Made by a program: the position numbers and the translations under genes. Shown piece by piece: positions 20,020 through 30,907 of a DNA stretch of 64,000 nt. Each line of letters starts with the position of its first letter. The stretch's first letter is position 1. Location: assembly GCA_041396965.1 (NCBI GenBank), contig JAWKXN010000001.1:225890-289889 (forward strand). The letters are read 5' to 3'. The notes below the pieces were generated by a model, which was not told where the DNA came from, searched no databases, and worked only from the letters and a program-made list of their open reading frames with translations. This DNA is from Rickettsiales bacterium (GTDB lineage: Bacteria > Pseudomonadota > Alphaproteobacteria > Rickettsiales > SXRF01).

Positions 20020-21705
20020 TCAAACAGAGGCGCTAATGGATAACACTCTGCTGTGTGGGAAGATTATCTGTACTGTTGTGCCTTCATTCTGTCTGCTACT
20101 TAATATAAGCTTTCCTCCGTGTAGCTCAGCGTGCATTTTACATAACGGCAGACCAAGACCGGTTCCCTCATGATTTTTGGTACGGTGAACCTGCCCAAAA
20201 ACAGACAGCGCTTTTGGAATTTCATTTTCTGGTATCCCAATACCGCTATCAGCTACTGATAGAACCATATTACGCTCACTGTCAATATTTGCCGAAACCG
20301 TTATATTACCGTTCTGTGGTGTAAATTTGAATGCGTTTGAAAGGAGGTTTATTAATATTTGTCGTATTTTACGACCATCGCCCAATAAGATAGGTAGACC
20401 TTGTTCTACCCTTACCAAAAGCTCAATATTTTTGGTTTTTATTTTGCCTTTCATAATACGAGTTGACTCATTTATAAGCTCGCTAATATTTACTTTTTCC
20501 TCAACAAGCTCTAATTTTCCAGCATCACCTTTAGAAAATTCCAGTATATCGCTTATCAGTTGGAGGAGGTGACTGCCGCATAAGTTAATATCATATATAC
20601 GCTCTTTTTGTTTAGTGGTAAGTGGTCCAAAATAACCAGAATTTATCATTTCAGAAAAACCAATAATAGCGTTTAACGGTGTTCTCAACTCATGGCTCAT
20701 ATTCGCTAGAAATTCCGATTTTGCTTGGCTTGCGAGAATAGCCGCGCTTTCTGATTCCTGTACACGTATAACTTGGCGCGCCATAATTAGAGCGAATATG
20801 GAGAGAATAGTTCCAAATATCGTAAATAACGCTAATATCCCAATATCACGTATTCTGGATTGATACCACTCCGTGAGATATTCGTCTTCGTCAAGAACTA
20901 TATGAACCGCTATTGGCAAATTCTGCAGTATTTTAAGTGCCATTATCAGATCAGAATCGTTTGAATGTACGTTGCGCCTATATATAGCTCCTTGCTTTTT
21001 TTCCTGTTCCGCCAGAAAATTTCTTCCCAACAACTCATTTAATTTAGCTTTGTATGTACTGGCGGCGAGTATAGTTTTATCAAACAACATTATAGACATG
21101 AATTGTTTGTCATTATAGTTGATTGAGTTATAAAAATTAATAAAATACTCAGGATCAATAGCTGCGATTACTATACCGTTAAAGCTTCCATCTTCATTAC
21201 TGCGTCTTTTACTCATTATTATGAGCGGTTTATTGTTTTTTGATTCATATTTGCCAATAAAAATATCTCCGCTACTGGTATTCTTAATATGATCAAAAAG
21301 TTTATCTCCTAGAATTTTATAATTAAAATCCGCCCAATTTTTATAATCTGGTTTATATGACAATATTTTTATAGAGCCATTAGTGTCAAGCAACGCAATG
21401 CCAGCTATTTGTGGTGTTGTTTTAAGCCAGCTATCAAACTCAGTTCTTATCTGCTCAATATTTTGTTTTATCTTAGATGCTTGCTCCAGATATAAGCTTG
21501 CTCCAAGAAAGCTGAGTTCTATATGTTCACCTAGAATACTTACGAGTCGTATAGAATTTTCTTCACCTTTTTCTATGGCTTGTTTATATTCCTTCGTTCC
21601 TTGATAGATTATAATAAATATAAAGGTCAGCATGATAAGAACTGAGAACGCTATTAGGTAGCGTATTCTCGGTGATTTAAGTCGTTCTATCTGCTTTTTC
21701 GTCAT
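20020..21705 (-). CDS. membrane sensor histidine kinase (Cache-like periplasmic domain, PleC/DivJ-like kinase core)
   Basis: [43 protein letters not shown] and GTGLGLPL; two TM segments. Confidence 0.93.
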   Translation of the reverse strand: MTKKQIERLKSPRIRYLIAFSVLIMLTFIFIIIYQGTKEYKQAIEKGEENSIRLVSILGEHIELSFLGASLYLEQASKIKQNIEQIRTEFDSWLKTTPQIAGIALLDTNGSIKILSYKPDYKNWADFNYKILGDKLFDHIKNTSSGDIFIGKYESKNNKPLIIMSKRRSNEDGSFNGIVIAAIDPEYFINFYNSINYNDKQFMSIMLFDKTILAASTYKAKLNELLGRNFLAEQEKKQGAIYRRNVHSNDSDLIMALKILQNLPIAVHIVLDEDEYLTEWYQSRIRDIGILALFTIFGTILSIFALIMARQVIRVQESESAAILASQAKSEFLANMSHELRTPLNAIIGFSEMINSGYFGPLTTKQKERIYDINLCGSHLLQLISDILEFSKGDAGKLELVEEKVNISELINESTRIMKGKIKTKNIELLVRVEQGLPILLGDGRKIRQILINLLSNAFKFTPQNGNITVSANIDSERNMVLSVADSGIGIPENEIPKALSVFGQVHRTKNHEGTGLGLPLCKMHAELHGGKLILSSRQNEGTTVQIIFPHSRVLSISASV

Positions 21706-21964
21706 TAATTTTTTCTTGTTTTTATTGGTATTTTTATCATTTTTCTTAATTGGTTAAAATAATAAATTTTTTACAACATCATAGATTTAACCTAATATAA
21801 TTAATTTAGAGTGATAATATAAAGAATATTTAGTTAACACGCAGGCTTTTATTAAAAAATATTATTTAATTTGCTTTAGTGGTATAATATAATAAAAATT
21901 AATAAATAGTTAAAATGCTAGGTGAATAGTCAATTTTACTATAATTTTTATTAATATAAATTAA

Positions 21965-22834
21965 TTATTGTTGGTGTTTTGATTTGTTCACTGGCTTTAG
22001 AGAAATGATGGTAAGGTCATCACTAAATATATGTTTTTTGATATTTATCGTTTTTAATATATTCTCCAATATGTTCCCACAGGGGTTTTTTGATAACTCT
22101 TCAATTTCTGATAGAATAGATTTTTCAGTAAATAATTTCTTGTTGTCATTATTTATTTCTACCAACGCGTCACTATATATCAATAACTCATCATCATTGG
22201 TAAATTCTAATAAATTATCATTGTAGTTTGCGTTTTGATAAGCTCCTATCGGGATTCCTGTGCAATCTAAGAAGGTTGCCTTGCGATTATTTATTGCTAT
22301 TATTGGTGGCATGCCAGCTCCACAATAGCTTAATGTTTGTGTTTTGTAATTAATAATACCGGCAAAACACGTAAGATATTGACCATCTTGTAACTTACTA
22401 TGAAAATCACGATTCATATTAGTAAATATTTGTGACAGATCTCCTAACGGCAGAGTAAGTCTTTTTATATATTCATGCAGCCATAATATATCAATTAAAA
22501 CAGCAGCACCATGATAGGAGAAATCAGCGACAAAAATAAAGAAGCTATCTTTATCCATTTCTCTAAGAGTCCAATAATCTCCACCCATAGTTTGTGGTGT
22601 TTGATATACGTAATTAATTTCCACTTCGTATTTTTTCTTGTAAGTATTTAACTCTTTTTTTGAAGGTAATAAAGAACGCTGTATTCCCGCTGCCGTTTCT
22701 AGGTCACTACTACTTATATTTTGATTATTTTTTATTTTTTTAAGTAGGTAGTCTTTAGCTAAAACTATATTTCTACACTCATATATCTCATCTGATTGTT
22801 CGGTTCTATTTATCATTTCTTTTGCGCCGCGCAA
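21965..22834 (-). CDS. PP2C/SpoIIE (RsbU-like) serine phosphatase
   Basis: AAGIQRSLLP, MGGDYW, FVADFSYHG, GAGMPP, GIPIG, LIYSDALVE and SDDLTII. Confidence 0.9.
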   Translation of the reverse strand: MRGAKEMINRTEQSDEIYECRNIVLAKDYLLKKIKNNQNISSSDLETAAGIQRSLLPSKKELNTYKKKYEVEINYVYQTPQTMGGDYWTLREMDKDSFFIFVADFSYHGAAVLIDILWLHEYIKRLTLPLGDLSQIFTNMNRDFHSKLQDGQYLTCFAGIINYKTQTLSYCGAGMPPIIAINNRKATFLDCTGIPIGAYQNANYNDNLLEFTNDDELLIYSDALVEINNDNKKLFTEKSILSEIEELSKNPCGNILENILKTINIKKHIFSDDLTIISLKPVNKSKHQQ

Positions 22835-22868
22835 TTACAATATTATCTATAATGAATTAGTTTGTTTG

Positions 22869-23174
22869 CTAATCAACAATATTAAATTTATCATATGACT
22901 TGGTCATCTGTAACAGCGTTTTCACATCTCCAGATGGGTTGTACAAGGTGAGGGGGATGTTGATTTTTTTACATTCATTTCGTGCTATAATAAGCATCCC
23001 AAGACCAGCTGAATCCATAAAATATAATTCATCCATATATATATTAAGAGAATCTATATCCGCTACAAGGCATTCATTAAGAGAGTTGCGAAATCCCCTA
23101 TCATCAAGAAAAATAAGCTTTTCTTTTAGATGAATTTCGGCACTTTTCTCATTTATAATTTTTGTAATAGTCAT
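22869..23174 (-). CDS. STAS-domain anti-sigma factor antagonist (RsbV-like)
   Basis: LYFMDSAGLGML phospho-Ser motif; 101 aa. Confidence 0.9.
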   Translation of the reverse strand: MTITKIINEKSAEIHLKEKLIFLDDRGFRNSLNECLVADIDSLNIYMDELYFMDSAGLGMLIIARNECKKINIPLTLYNPSGDVKTLLQMTKSYDKFNIVD

Positions 23175-23379
23175 GATAAGGAAATGTTAATTCTTTGCAA
23201 TAAGAATACCGATATTGTACATTAATTTTATATTTTTAACAAATATTTTTAGCATAGTCATGATGTTTATAATTGATTTATGCTTTTAGCATAGTTCTCT
23301 AAGGCAAAGACGGAGGCCGGTGCAATAAGGTAAATGGTGCAATCTAGTAGAAAATTAATAATTTCTTATATGGTAATTT

Positions 23380-24282
23380 TTGATGGAAAATACAATTAAG
23401 ATACTGGCTGTTGATGATGAGGAGTTCAATCTTGATATTATAAGTGAGTATCTGGAGAGCGATGGATTTGAAGTTATTACCGCTGGTGATGGCGCGGCTG
23501 CTTTAGAAAAGTTAAGAGAGCATCCAGACGTTGGAGTTATAGTTCTGGATCGCATGATGCCGAATATGGATGGTATAGAAGTGCTAAAGAAATTACGCGA
23601 AAAAGAATTGCTGCGTGATATTCCAGTAGTAATGCAAACAGCCGCCACCAGCAGTGAGCAAATTAGGGAAGGAATTGAGGCTGGAGTTTATTACTATCTA
23701 GCAAAACCCTATAATGAATCTTTGTTTTTATCCATTATCAGAGCTGCGTTAAAAGACAGTATCGGTCGTTTGGAAATGCGCAAACAGGTGAAAAGACAAC
23801 GATACAGTTTGGGGCTAATGGAAGAGGGAAGGTTTCGTTTTCGTACCTTGGAGGAAGTTGATAATTTATCATATTTTATAGCCAATTGTTTCCCTGAGCC
23901 AGAGCAAGTGGTTTATGGTCTTAATGAGTTAATGGTAAACGCTGTTGAACATGGAAATCTAGGAATTAGTTATCATGAAAAAATGGGTCTAGTTCTTGAT
24001 GGCAGATGGAAAGAGGATGTAGAACGTAGACTCTCTTTGCCTGAAAACGACAATAAATACGCTATTTTAGAATATTATGCTGATAAAGATAATATTACAG
24101 TAATTATTAGTGATGAGGGACAAGGTTTTGAGTGGGAAGACTACATTAAATTATCAGCGCGTAGGGCGATGGATCCTAACGGTAGGGGAATAGCGGTAGC
24201 TAAAATGAAGTCATTTCCATCACTTGAATATAAAGGGTGCGGGAATAAGGTTGTCTGTACCATAGCTCGTACCAAGCAATAA
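23380..24282 (+). CDS. receiver domain fused to an RsbW-like HATPase (anti-sigma/Ser kinase)
   Basis: ILAVDDE...VLDRMMPNMDG...AKP; C-terminal GLNELMVNAVEHGN, ISDEGQGF and GRGIAVA. Confidence 0.88.
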   Translation: MMENTIKILAVDDEEFNLDIISEYLESDGFEVITAGDGAAALEKLREHPDVGVIVLDRMMPNMDGIEVLKKLREKELLRDIPVVMQTAATSSEQIREGIEAGVYYYLAKPYNESLFLSIIRAALKDSIGRLEMRKQVKRQRYSLGLMEEGRFRFRTLEEVDNLSYFIANCFPEPEQVVYGLNELMVNAVEHGNLGISYHEKMGLVLDGRWKEDVERRLSLPENDNKYAILEYYADKDNITVIISDEGQGFEWEDYIKLSARRAMDPNGRGIAVAKMKSFPSLEYKGCGNKVVCTIARTKQ

Positions 24283-24478
24283 CATAGCTAAACAATCACA
24301 ATATCTTTTTCGTGGTCATTTAGGGTGATAATTATCCTGAATAGTTAGTCGTGTTTTGTAGGATTTCTATCCTAACAATTTGTCTTGACTTCTGCTCTAT
24401 ATATAGTATTCAAAAATAATATTAACTACTATATATAGTAATAATTAATTATTTGCCTTTTCGCGGAGATTTATACAG

Positions 24479-25579
24479 ATGAATAAAAAAATGATAACCC
24501 TTTGTCCTTTACTACTATCATATCCAGAGATTTCTTTCGCTGGTGAAAGCACCGAACCACTATCGGCGGAATTAGTGGTGGAATGGCAGAATGAAAACCG
24601 CCTGTCGTCTGATGACTCCACAGTTGATGAAACGAATAACTCATTTTTTAGAGCTGAGTTAGCTCCTGTATTAAGGCTTTCATCTAATATATTTATAGAT
24701 GGAGTTCTCGTATTTGAGCCATTCGCGCAAGCCGCCGCTAAAAATATTGGTGATGACATTTGGTTTGAGAGCAATGGTCTATTCGCTGAGGAAATAAAAA
24801 TAAATTTTGAATATGGAAACTACACATTTTGGGGTGGTAAGTTTAATCCATCATTTGGAACTGCTTGGGATTATGGGCGGGGTATATGGAGTGAGGATTT
24901 TGCGGAAGATTATGAGATTACTGAAAAATTAGGGGTAGGTGGCTCTTATGATTTCGTAACAAAGAATTTTGGTAATCATACTTTCTCCGCAAGTAGTTTT
25001 TTCGCGGACACTACTTTTTTAAGCGGCTCAACCGTAACTAAAAGAGCACGCACTAGTCTTAAAGATGGTGGGGCTAGTAATACGGAGGATTTTTCATCAT
25101 TTACGATTTCACTTGATGGTGAGAATTTAATGGGAATTGAAGATTTGAAATACCATATGGCTTATCGCTTTTTAGGCGAGCAGGATAAAAACCGTAGCGG
25201 TACGGCTGATGACGAAACTGGTTTTGCCGCTATGCTTAATTATGGTATGGCGCTGGATGAGGATTTATCTGTTGATATATTGGGAGAATATGCTTCACTT
25301 TATAATTTTGAGGGAGTTAAGAATTCAGATCGTAATTATTACTCGGCAAGTATCGTTACTACCATATATGATAATTGGAATATAACCGCTGGTTATACAC
25401 TGCGAGATATAAAGAATGATGGTAGTGGTGGTAAGTTTGACGATTATTTATTTCAGTTATCGGCTGGCTACGATTTTCAAAACGGTCTTACCGCTGAGAC
25501 AGGATGGCGTGTTACTGAGGAATCTAATGTGGATACGGATGTAATTGGCTTCTTGATTCGTTATACAAAGGAATTTTAG
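24479..25579 (+). CDS. putative outer-membrane beta-barrel (porin-like) protein
   Basis: Signal peptide (SFA|GE), alternating aromatic beta-strands and a C-terminal RYTKEF (BAM beta-signal Phe). Confidence 0.7.
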   Translation: MNKKMITLCPLLLSYPEISFAGESTEPLSAELVVEWQNENRLSSDDSTVDETNNSFFRAELAPVLRLSSNIFIDGVLVFEPFAQAAAKNIGDDIWFESNGLFAEEIKINFEYGNYTFWGGKFNPSFGTAWDYGRGIWSEDFAEDYEITEKLGVGGSYDFVTKNFGNHTFSASSFFADTTFLSGSTVTKRARTSLKDGGASNTEDFSSFTISLDGENLMGIEDLKYHMAYRFLGEQDKNRSGTADDETGFAAMLNYGMALDEDLSVDILGEYASLYNFEGVKNSDRNYYSASIVTTIYDNWNITAGYTLRDIKNDGSGGKFDDYLFQLSAGYDFQNGLTAETGWRVTEESNVDTDVIGFLIRYTKEF

Positions 25580-25597
25580 AAGAATAGCGATAAAAAA

Positions 25598-26302
25598 CTA
25601 CTTAATTTGCTGTGTTAGCTCTTTATCTGATAAGTTTAGGCAGTGTATTATCGTGAGTTCAGGAGCTGACGATTTTATTTCTTCTATCTCGCTTTCTTTT
25701 CCAAACCACATTAGCTGGTCACATTTTTTGATGAATGGCATATCTTCCAAATGGTCAGTGAAAAATATTTTTTTTCTATCTTGCCAGTTTTTTTCTGTAA
25801 GGAACTCACTTATCCTTCTTGCTTTTTCCTCACCACGATTTTCCGGTTTTCCAGCTTGTGTGGCAAGTACGTGAGAAAATCCAGCGTACCCAGCGAATGG
25901 TTCGGCATATACAGAGGCTGCGGCACTGGCTAGCACCGCGTCTATCTCATTTTCTTTTATCATTTTATGGATAGATAACATATTCGGGCGGATTTTTTCC
26001 GCAAGAGTCACACAAACATTTCTGGTCGCGGTTTTATCATCTATATTTTGCCATAACTTATGCAACTCATCACGTATATATATATGGTCGCGCCCAAATA
26101 TTTTTCTCTCAGCGAATAGTTTTAGAGTTTTTATTCGTAGCGCATTGCGCCGGATAAAATTCAGCGAGTCAAACTTACCAAATAGAAAATATTTCGCCCA
26201 TAAAGGAAAGCTGTTGACGCTAAGGAACGTCTCATCCAGATCAATGATAAATACAGGACTATTTTTTGAAGTCAAAGGACCAAGGTAATCGGCAGAGGAC
26301 AT
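25598..26302 (-). CDS. HAD-superfamily phosphatase
   Basis: IIDLDETF (motif I), VLASAA, GEEKA and FFTDHLEDMP. Confidence 0.85.
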   Translation of the reverse strand: MSSADYLGPLTSKNSPVFIIDLDETFLSVNSFPLWAKYFLFGKFDSLNFIRRNALRIKTLKLFAERKIFGRDHIYIRDELHKLWQNIDDKTATRNVCVTLAEKIRPNMLSIHKMIKENEIDAVLASAAASVYAEPFAGYAGFSHVLATQAGKPENRGEEKARRISEFLTEKNWQDRKKIFFTDHLEDMPFIKKCDQLMWFGKESEIEEIKSSAPELTIIHCLNLSDKELTQQIK

Positions 26303-26870
26303 TTTGGTATAATGTGTAATCAGTTTTAATTAATGGATTTTCAGTGGTAACAGTAATAGCGGCGGTCTTAACAGAGCATTCTTCACCAGCTTCGGCGTAT
26401 ATTAACTCATAAACCGCGAGCATCGTCGCTCCGCTATCCACTGCGTCATCAACTATTAGTATATTTTTTATTTTATTATTTTTAAGAAAATTACGCAACT
26501 CTTCCAATTCTTTATGGTTTGGCACAAAATTCCTGTCAGGAATAGGTGGTTTTGAGTTGAGTTTTTTATGCTCAACTATTCTAAGCTGGTCGGTAATACA
26601 ATAAGGCAGGCTACCAAGTAAATTTTTAAGCCCTTTTACTTTGCTTTTGGTCTTGGTGCTTGCTCGTTGTTTGGAAATGGCAAGTAATGGTATGTCTCCG
26701 GCTTCCTTACTCATAATTTCCGCCAAAATATAACCGCCAGTCCTGATACCAACGATAACATCTGGCTTGAATCCAACAAACACAGCATCGTTAAGCCCGC
26801 GTGCCGCTTGCGTGAACTCTTTTTGGTCTAGCGTAATTACTTTTAGTTTTTTACTCATTCCGAGATTCAT
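26259..26870 (-). CDS. type I phosphoribosyltransferase family protein
   Basis: VGIRTGG and the ILIVDDAVDSGATM PRPP loop; overlaps the HAD gene by 44 nt. Confidence 0.88.
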   Translation of the reverse strand: MNLGMSKKLKVITLDQKEFTQAARGLNDAVFVGFKPDVIVGIRTGGYILAEIMSKEAGDIPLLAISKQRASTKTKSKVKGLKNLLGSLPYCITDQLRIVEHKKLNSKPPIPDRNFVPNHKELEELRNFLKNNKIKNILIVDDAVDSGATMLAVYELIYAEAGEECSVKTAAITVTTENPLIKTDYTLYQNVLCRLPWSFDFKK

Positions 26871-27007
26871 ATAGAAAACAGAAGATCAATACAATAATAT
26901 TTCTCTCCTTATTAATTAATTGTTATTGATATGGTTGATTAATCTGTAAAGTATAGTATTATCATGTCAATTATACTAATATTATACGATCTTTTAGGAG
27001 AGGTTTT

Positions 27008-27577
27008 ATGCGTTATTCATTACTGACATTTACCGCTTTATGCACTTTGTCACTGTCAACAAATTCAGCTTTCGCTGAGGATAAGGTTATGGATCTTCCA
27101 GCCGCTGAGGAAGTGCTGCAAGCGCAGCAAAGCCTTATGGCGGATAGTGGACAAGTTTCTGATCCGGTATATATGCCCGTAGCCAGAGATGGCGAGATAA
27201 TAGACTCAGCCGGTGGTGGGGCTATTGATGCAATTCTTCCGGTAGTGAAAACTGAAAGTGGCATGAGTTATATAACCGGTGGTATCGGTGAGGAGGAAAT
27301 GACAGCTCTTAAGGAAGCGGCTCCCAATTTTAATGTTCGTGTATTGCTAGCCTCCGCTGATGGCGCGTATATGGGCGACGCTATTATCCGTTTTCTTGAT
27401 AAAAATGACGCTGAGATATTAAGGGTGCATGATGTTGGTCCTTATTTCTATATCAATTTGCCAGCGGGTAAATATAGAGTTGAGGCGGCTTCCGCTGGTG
27501 GAGAGGTGCAAGGTAAAAACATAAATGCTCCCGCTAAAGCCTCAAAAACCGGCAAAATAGTGCTGAGATTTAAGTAG
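27008..27577 (+). CDS. periplasmic protein with a carboxypeptidase-regulatory-like (transthyretin-fold) domain
   Basis: Signal peptide (AFA|ED); YITGGIGEEE...GPYFYINLPAGKYRVEA. Confidence 0.65.
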   Translation: MRYSLLTFTALCTLSLSTNSAFAEDKVMDLPAAEEVLQAQQSLMADSGQVSDPVYMPVARDGEIIDSAGGGAIDAILPVVKTESGMSYITGGIGEEEMTALKEAAPNFNVRVLLASADGAYMGDAIIRFLDKNDAEILRVHDVGPYFYINLPAGKYRVEAASAGGEVQGKNINAPAKASKTGKIVLRFK

Positions 27578-27667
27578 GCTCGCTTGTTTTTGTAAGTTTT
27601 GTACAAAATATATTGCTGAACTGTACCAATTATGTTAGCATCTTACTTGTTAGTAAGGTAGGTTTTT

Positions 27668-27919
27668 ATGCAGATAGTATCTTCCAGTGATGTACGCAAT
27701 AATTTTGCCGCGATGCTTGATAAAGCCCAGCATGAGCCTGTTACTATCCAAAAACAGGGTAGAAATGCGGCTGTACTGATTTCGTATGAGGAATTTGAGC
27801 GTTTGACTGACGCGCATAAACAAGCATTTCAGGTAATATGCGATGATGTAGGCGCGAGAGCTGCCGCAAGAGGGCTTACTGAAGCAAAACTCATAGAGAT
27901 ATTAAGTGGTAATGACTAA
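27668..27919 (+). CDS. Phd/YefM family antitoxin
   Basis: VSSSDVRNNFAAMLDKAQHEPVTIQKQGR. Confidence 0.9.
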   Translation: MQIVSSSDVRNNFAAMLDKAQHEPVTIQKQGRNAAVLISYEEFERLTDAHKQAFQVICDDVGARAAARGLTEAKLIEILSGND

Positions 27920-28334
27920 CCCAAAGTACCGTGTCGTTATTGATACTAATTTTCTAATCAGCCGAGTTTTGACTCCAGATTCTTTAATTTCCAGCGCATT
28001 GCGGTTTATTATCCAGCGCTGCGACATATTAGTTTCACAAGCTACTATGGATGAGTTTATAGATGTCTTGAATAGGTTTGAACGTAGGGGCTATATTAAT
28101 CAAGAAGAGATCATAAATCTAGTTAACTCCTATAAAAATACGGCGCAATGGATACCGATAATTAGGAAAATACAAGCTTGCCGTGATCCAAAGGATAATA
28201 AATTCTTAGAGCTTGCCGTAGCTGGTGCGGCGGATTATATAATAACCGGCGACAAAGATCTGCTAACACTCCACCCATTTGAAGGGGTAAGTATTGTGAA
28301 GGCAAAGGATTTTATTGCTGGTTTCGTATCGTAG
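27906..28334 (+). CDS. PIN-family toxin (TIGR00305-type)
   Basis: VVIDTNFLIS, CRDPKDNKFLELA and IITGDKDLL; overlaps the antitoxin. The ATG at 27912 is the likely start. Confidence 0.9.
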   Translation: MVMTNPKYRVVIDTNFLISRVLTPDSLISSALRFIIQRCDILVSQATMDEFIDVLNRFERRGYINQEEIINLVNSYKNTAQWIPIIRKIQACRDPKDNKFLELAVAGAADYIITGDKDLLTLHPFEGVSIVKAKDFIAGFVS

Positions 28335-28343
28335 CTATTTGAT

Positions 28344-29282
28344 TCAGCCATCAACTTCAATTATACTCATCAATTCCCGCCATTCACCTTTGCTCATGCC
28401 GCTCTCTTCCTGTGATACTTTCTCTCCGGCGATCATTTTTTTAACTACGGCTAGCCCTTTGGCGGACAAGCTCGCTCCTCCCACCCGATAATCCATGAAG
28501 GCGTTATAAGTTATCGGCAGCCACGCTTTAAGTATGGCAAGCATCACCTCAGCGTAAGCTCGGATTTCATATTGCGCGTGACCATCAGCGCGTAGCGATA
28601 GGAAGTGCAGCAGGTTGTGCAGGTCAATTTTCCAGTACCACTGCGTATAGAAATTAAGCGATAGATTCATTCTCGCCAACTCCCGAGCCAACCCGCTTTT
28701 ATTCTCATCTAGCACATTCTCATCAATATCCTCATTGAGCATTTCCTCATAATGAGTATAGGCGGTTCGCGCGTCCTGTTTCAACAGTTCCAACACTCTG
28801 TTCGCCTCATCACCACTAAGAACATTACCACGTCCTTGTCGGTTAGATTTTGACTGTGCCGCTAGATGCTCAGGAGCAGGAATATAGAACTCTTTATCCA
28901 TAATAGAGTAACGGCCGGAATATTCATTAACATTAGCGGTGCGGTGACGAATCCATTGTCTAGCGATAAAAATTGGTAGTTTGATATGAAATTTTATCTC
29001 ACACATCTCAAATGGTGTGGTGTGGCGGTGGCGTAGTAGATAATTAATAAGCCCAGCGTCCTCATTTACCTTTTTAGTTCCTTTCCCATAAGAAACCCGC
29101 GCGGCTTGTACTATCGCCGAGTCAGTTCCCATATAATCAATAACCCGTACAAACCCATGATCCAAAACGGGCAGGGGGGTGTAAAGCATTTCCTCAAGCC
29201 CCGTCGACACCTCACGCAATGTTGGCTGTTTTTCACTACGTAATCTGCTTATTTCATTTTCTTGTTCTTTGGTAAGTTGCAT
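28344..29282 (-). CDS. thyX: FAD-dependent thymidylate synthase
   Basis: [36 protein letters not shown] and [10 protein letters not shown]. Confidence 0.97.
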   Translation of the reverse strand: MQLTKEQENEISRLRSEKQPTLREVSTGLEEMLYTPLPVLDHGFVRVIDYMGTDSAIVQAARVSYGKGTKKVNEDAGLINYLLRHRHTTPFEMCEIKFHIKLPIFIARQWIRHRTANVNEYSGRYSIMDKEFYIPAPEHLAAQSKSNRQGRGNVLSGDEANRVLELLKQDARTAYTHYEEMLNEDIDENVLDENKSGLARELARMNLSLNFYTQWYWKIDLHNLLHFLSLRADGHAQYEIRAYAEVMLAILKAWLPITYNAFMDYRVGGASLSAKGLAVVKKMIAGEKVSQEESGMSKGEWRELMSIIEVDG

Positions 29283-29469
29283 AATTCCCGCTCAAGTTAA
29301 GTTTGTTTTTTATGAGTTTTATAAAAATTAAACTATGGAATCTGTTTGGTCTATTAATTTTTTAATGTTTTTTGTATGCTAGCTTTACCAAACATTTTAA
29401 TACGCAGCCATTAGGTTGCATGAGCCAGTGGAAATTTAAAAGGATAAAAAATAACCACAACAATTATAA

Positions 29470-30858
29470 TTAAGATTTCATTTTACGATAGAAGGTGGAT
29501 TTGGCGATAGAAAGAGCTGCGGAGGCGCGGGTTATATTATCATCAAAATGTTTAAGAGCCATGTGCATCGCTTCGGCTTCAATATCGTTCATGCTTTTGA
29601 AGTTTCCTTCAGCGTTTATTATACTGATATGCATATTCGGTATAGCTCTCCTATCAACTAAAGGAGGTGTGTCGCTGAATTTGAGGATTCTCTCCAATAT
29701 ATTATCATCTATAATATCTGAGTCGCTGAGTACCAATATACGGTGTATCAGATTTTCCAGCTCACGTACATTACCCTTCCAGTCATTTTCGGTAAGCATC
29801 TTTTTCGCGCTATCACTTAATTGTTTCGCGGAAATATTTTCTGATTTCGTGATTTGGTTTATAAAATATTCGGCAAGCGGTATAATATCTTCCTTTCTAT
29901 CGCGAAGGGGTGGTATTGTAATTGGCAGAACATTAAGCCTAAAATAGAGATCCTCACGGAATTTACCATCAGCGACTTCTTTAGCTAAATTACGGTTGGT
30001 TGCCGATATTATTCGCACATTGATTTTTACCGGTTTTACCCCTCCCACCGGCTCTATCTCTTTTTGCTGCAACGCTCTTAGCAGTTTTACCTGTGACTCA
30101 TGAGGTAACTCTCCTATTTCATCAAGAAATATGGTTCCTCCTTCTGCTTCACGGAATTTCCCGATAGTGCGGATTACCGCTCCGGTAAAAGAGCCTTTTT
30201 CGTGACCGAATAATATACTTTCTACAAGATTGCTCGGTATAGCACCGCAGTTTATAGCGATAAATGGAAAAGAAGAACGCTTGCTTTCGCCGTGAATAGC
30301 TCGTGCTAAAAGTTCTTTTCCCGAGCCAGTCTCCCCCATTATTAATACGGGAACATCACTTTTTGCCGCTTTGCTCGCGTATGACACGGTTTCCTTAAGA
30401 CCTGTGTCATGACCGATTATATCGGAGAATTTAGCGGTAATTTCTTTTTCTTGCTTCAGTTTAGACAGTTCTTTTGAGACATTTGAGTATTTGATCGCGT
30501 TTTTTATAGCGACATCTAGTTGTAGAGGATTAGGTAGCTTAACCACAAAATCATTCGCGCCTTCCTTAATGGCTCTCACTGCGGTTTCTATATTATCGTC
30601 ACCCGTAAGCATCAATACCGGTAAGTTGTTGTTATATTGACGAATTATTTTAAGCGCCTCAAACCCATCCATAATCGGCATTTTTATATCCATCAATACA
30701 GCATCTATACTATCCCCGTTAGGGCTTTTTATATAATCAACAGCTTCTTTACCATTGGTTACGTCTATTACCTCATATTGTAATTTTTTAGACAGAACTA
30801 TTGACACCATCCGCCTTTGCACAGGGTCATCTTCCGCTACCAATATCTTGCCATTCAT
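29470..30858 (-). CDS. sigma54-dependent REC-AAA+-HTH activator (TacA-like)
   Basis: GETGSGKE, ESILFGHEKGSFTGA, LFLDEIGE, FREDLYFRLNV and WKGNVRELEN, with a Fis-type HTH tail. Confidence 0.93.
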   Translation of the reverse strand: MNGKILVAEDDPVQRRMVSIVLSKKLQYEVIDVTNGKEAVDYIKSPNGDSIDAVLMDIKMPIMDGFEALKIIRQYNNNLPVLMLTGDDNIETAVRAIKEGANDFVVKLPNPLQLDVAIKNAIKYSNVSKELSKLKQEKEITAKFSDIIGHDTGLKETVSYASKAAKSDVPVLIMGETGSGKELLARAIHGESKRSSFPFIAINCGAIPSNLVESILFGHEKGSFTGAVIRTIGKFREAEGGTIFLDEIGELPHESQVKLLRALQQKEIEPVGGVKPVKINVRIISATNRNLAKEVADGKFREDLYFRLNVLPITIPPLRDRKEDIIPLAEYFINQITKSENISAKQLSDSAKKMLTENDWKGNVRELENLIHRILVLSDSDIIDDNILERILKFSDTPPLVDRRAIPNMHISIINAEGNFKSMNDIEAEAMHMALKHFDDNITRASAALSIAKSTFYRKMKS

Positions 30859-30907
30859 GTTTAATCTACCTATTCCATGGGTTATTTTTAACTTTCGTTA
30901 GTATGTG

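Noticed and set aside
21899-21913. CtrA box TTAA-N7-TTAA upstream of the 20-kb kinase
   Set aside because: It lacks the terminal C and lies in extremely AT-rich DNA where chance hits are expected.
23195-23211. Second sigma54 promoter (CGGTAT-N5-TTGC, minus) before the STAS gene
   Set aside because: The spacing is right, but the -24 element is poor and the implied leader is only ~12 nt.
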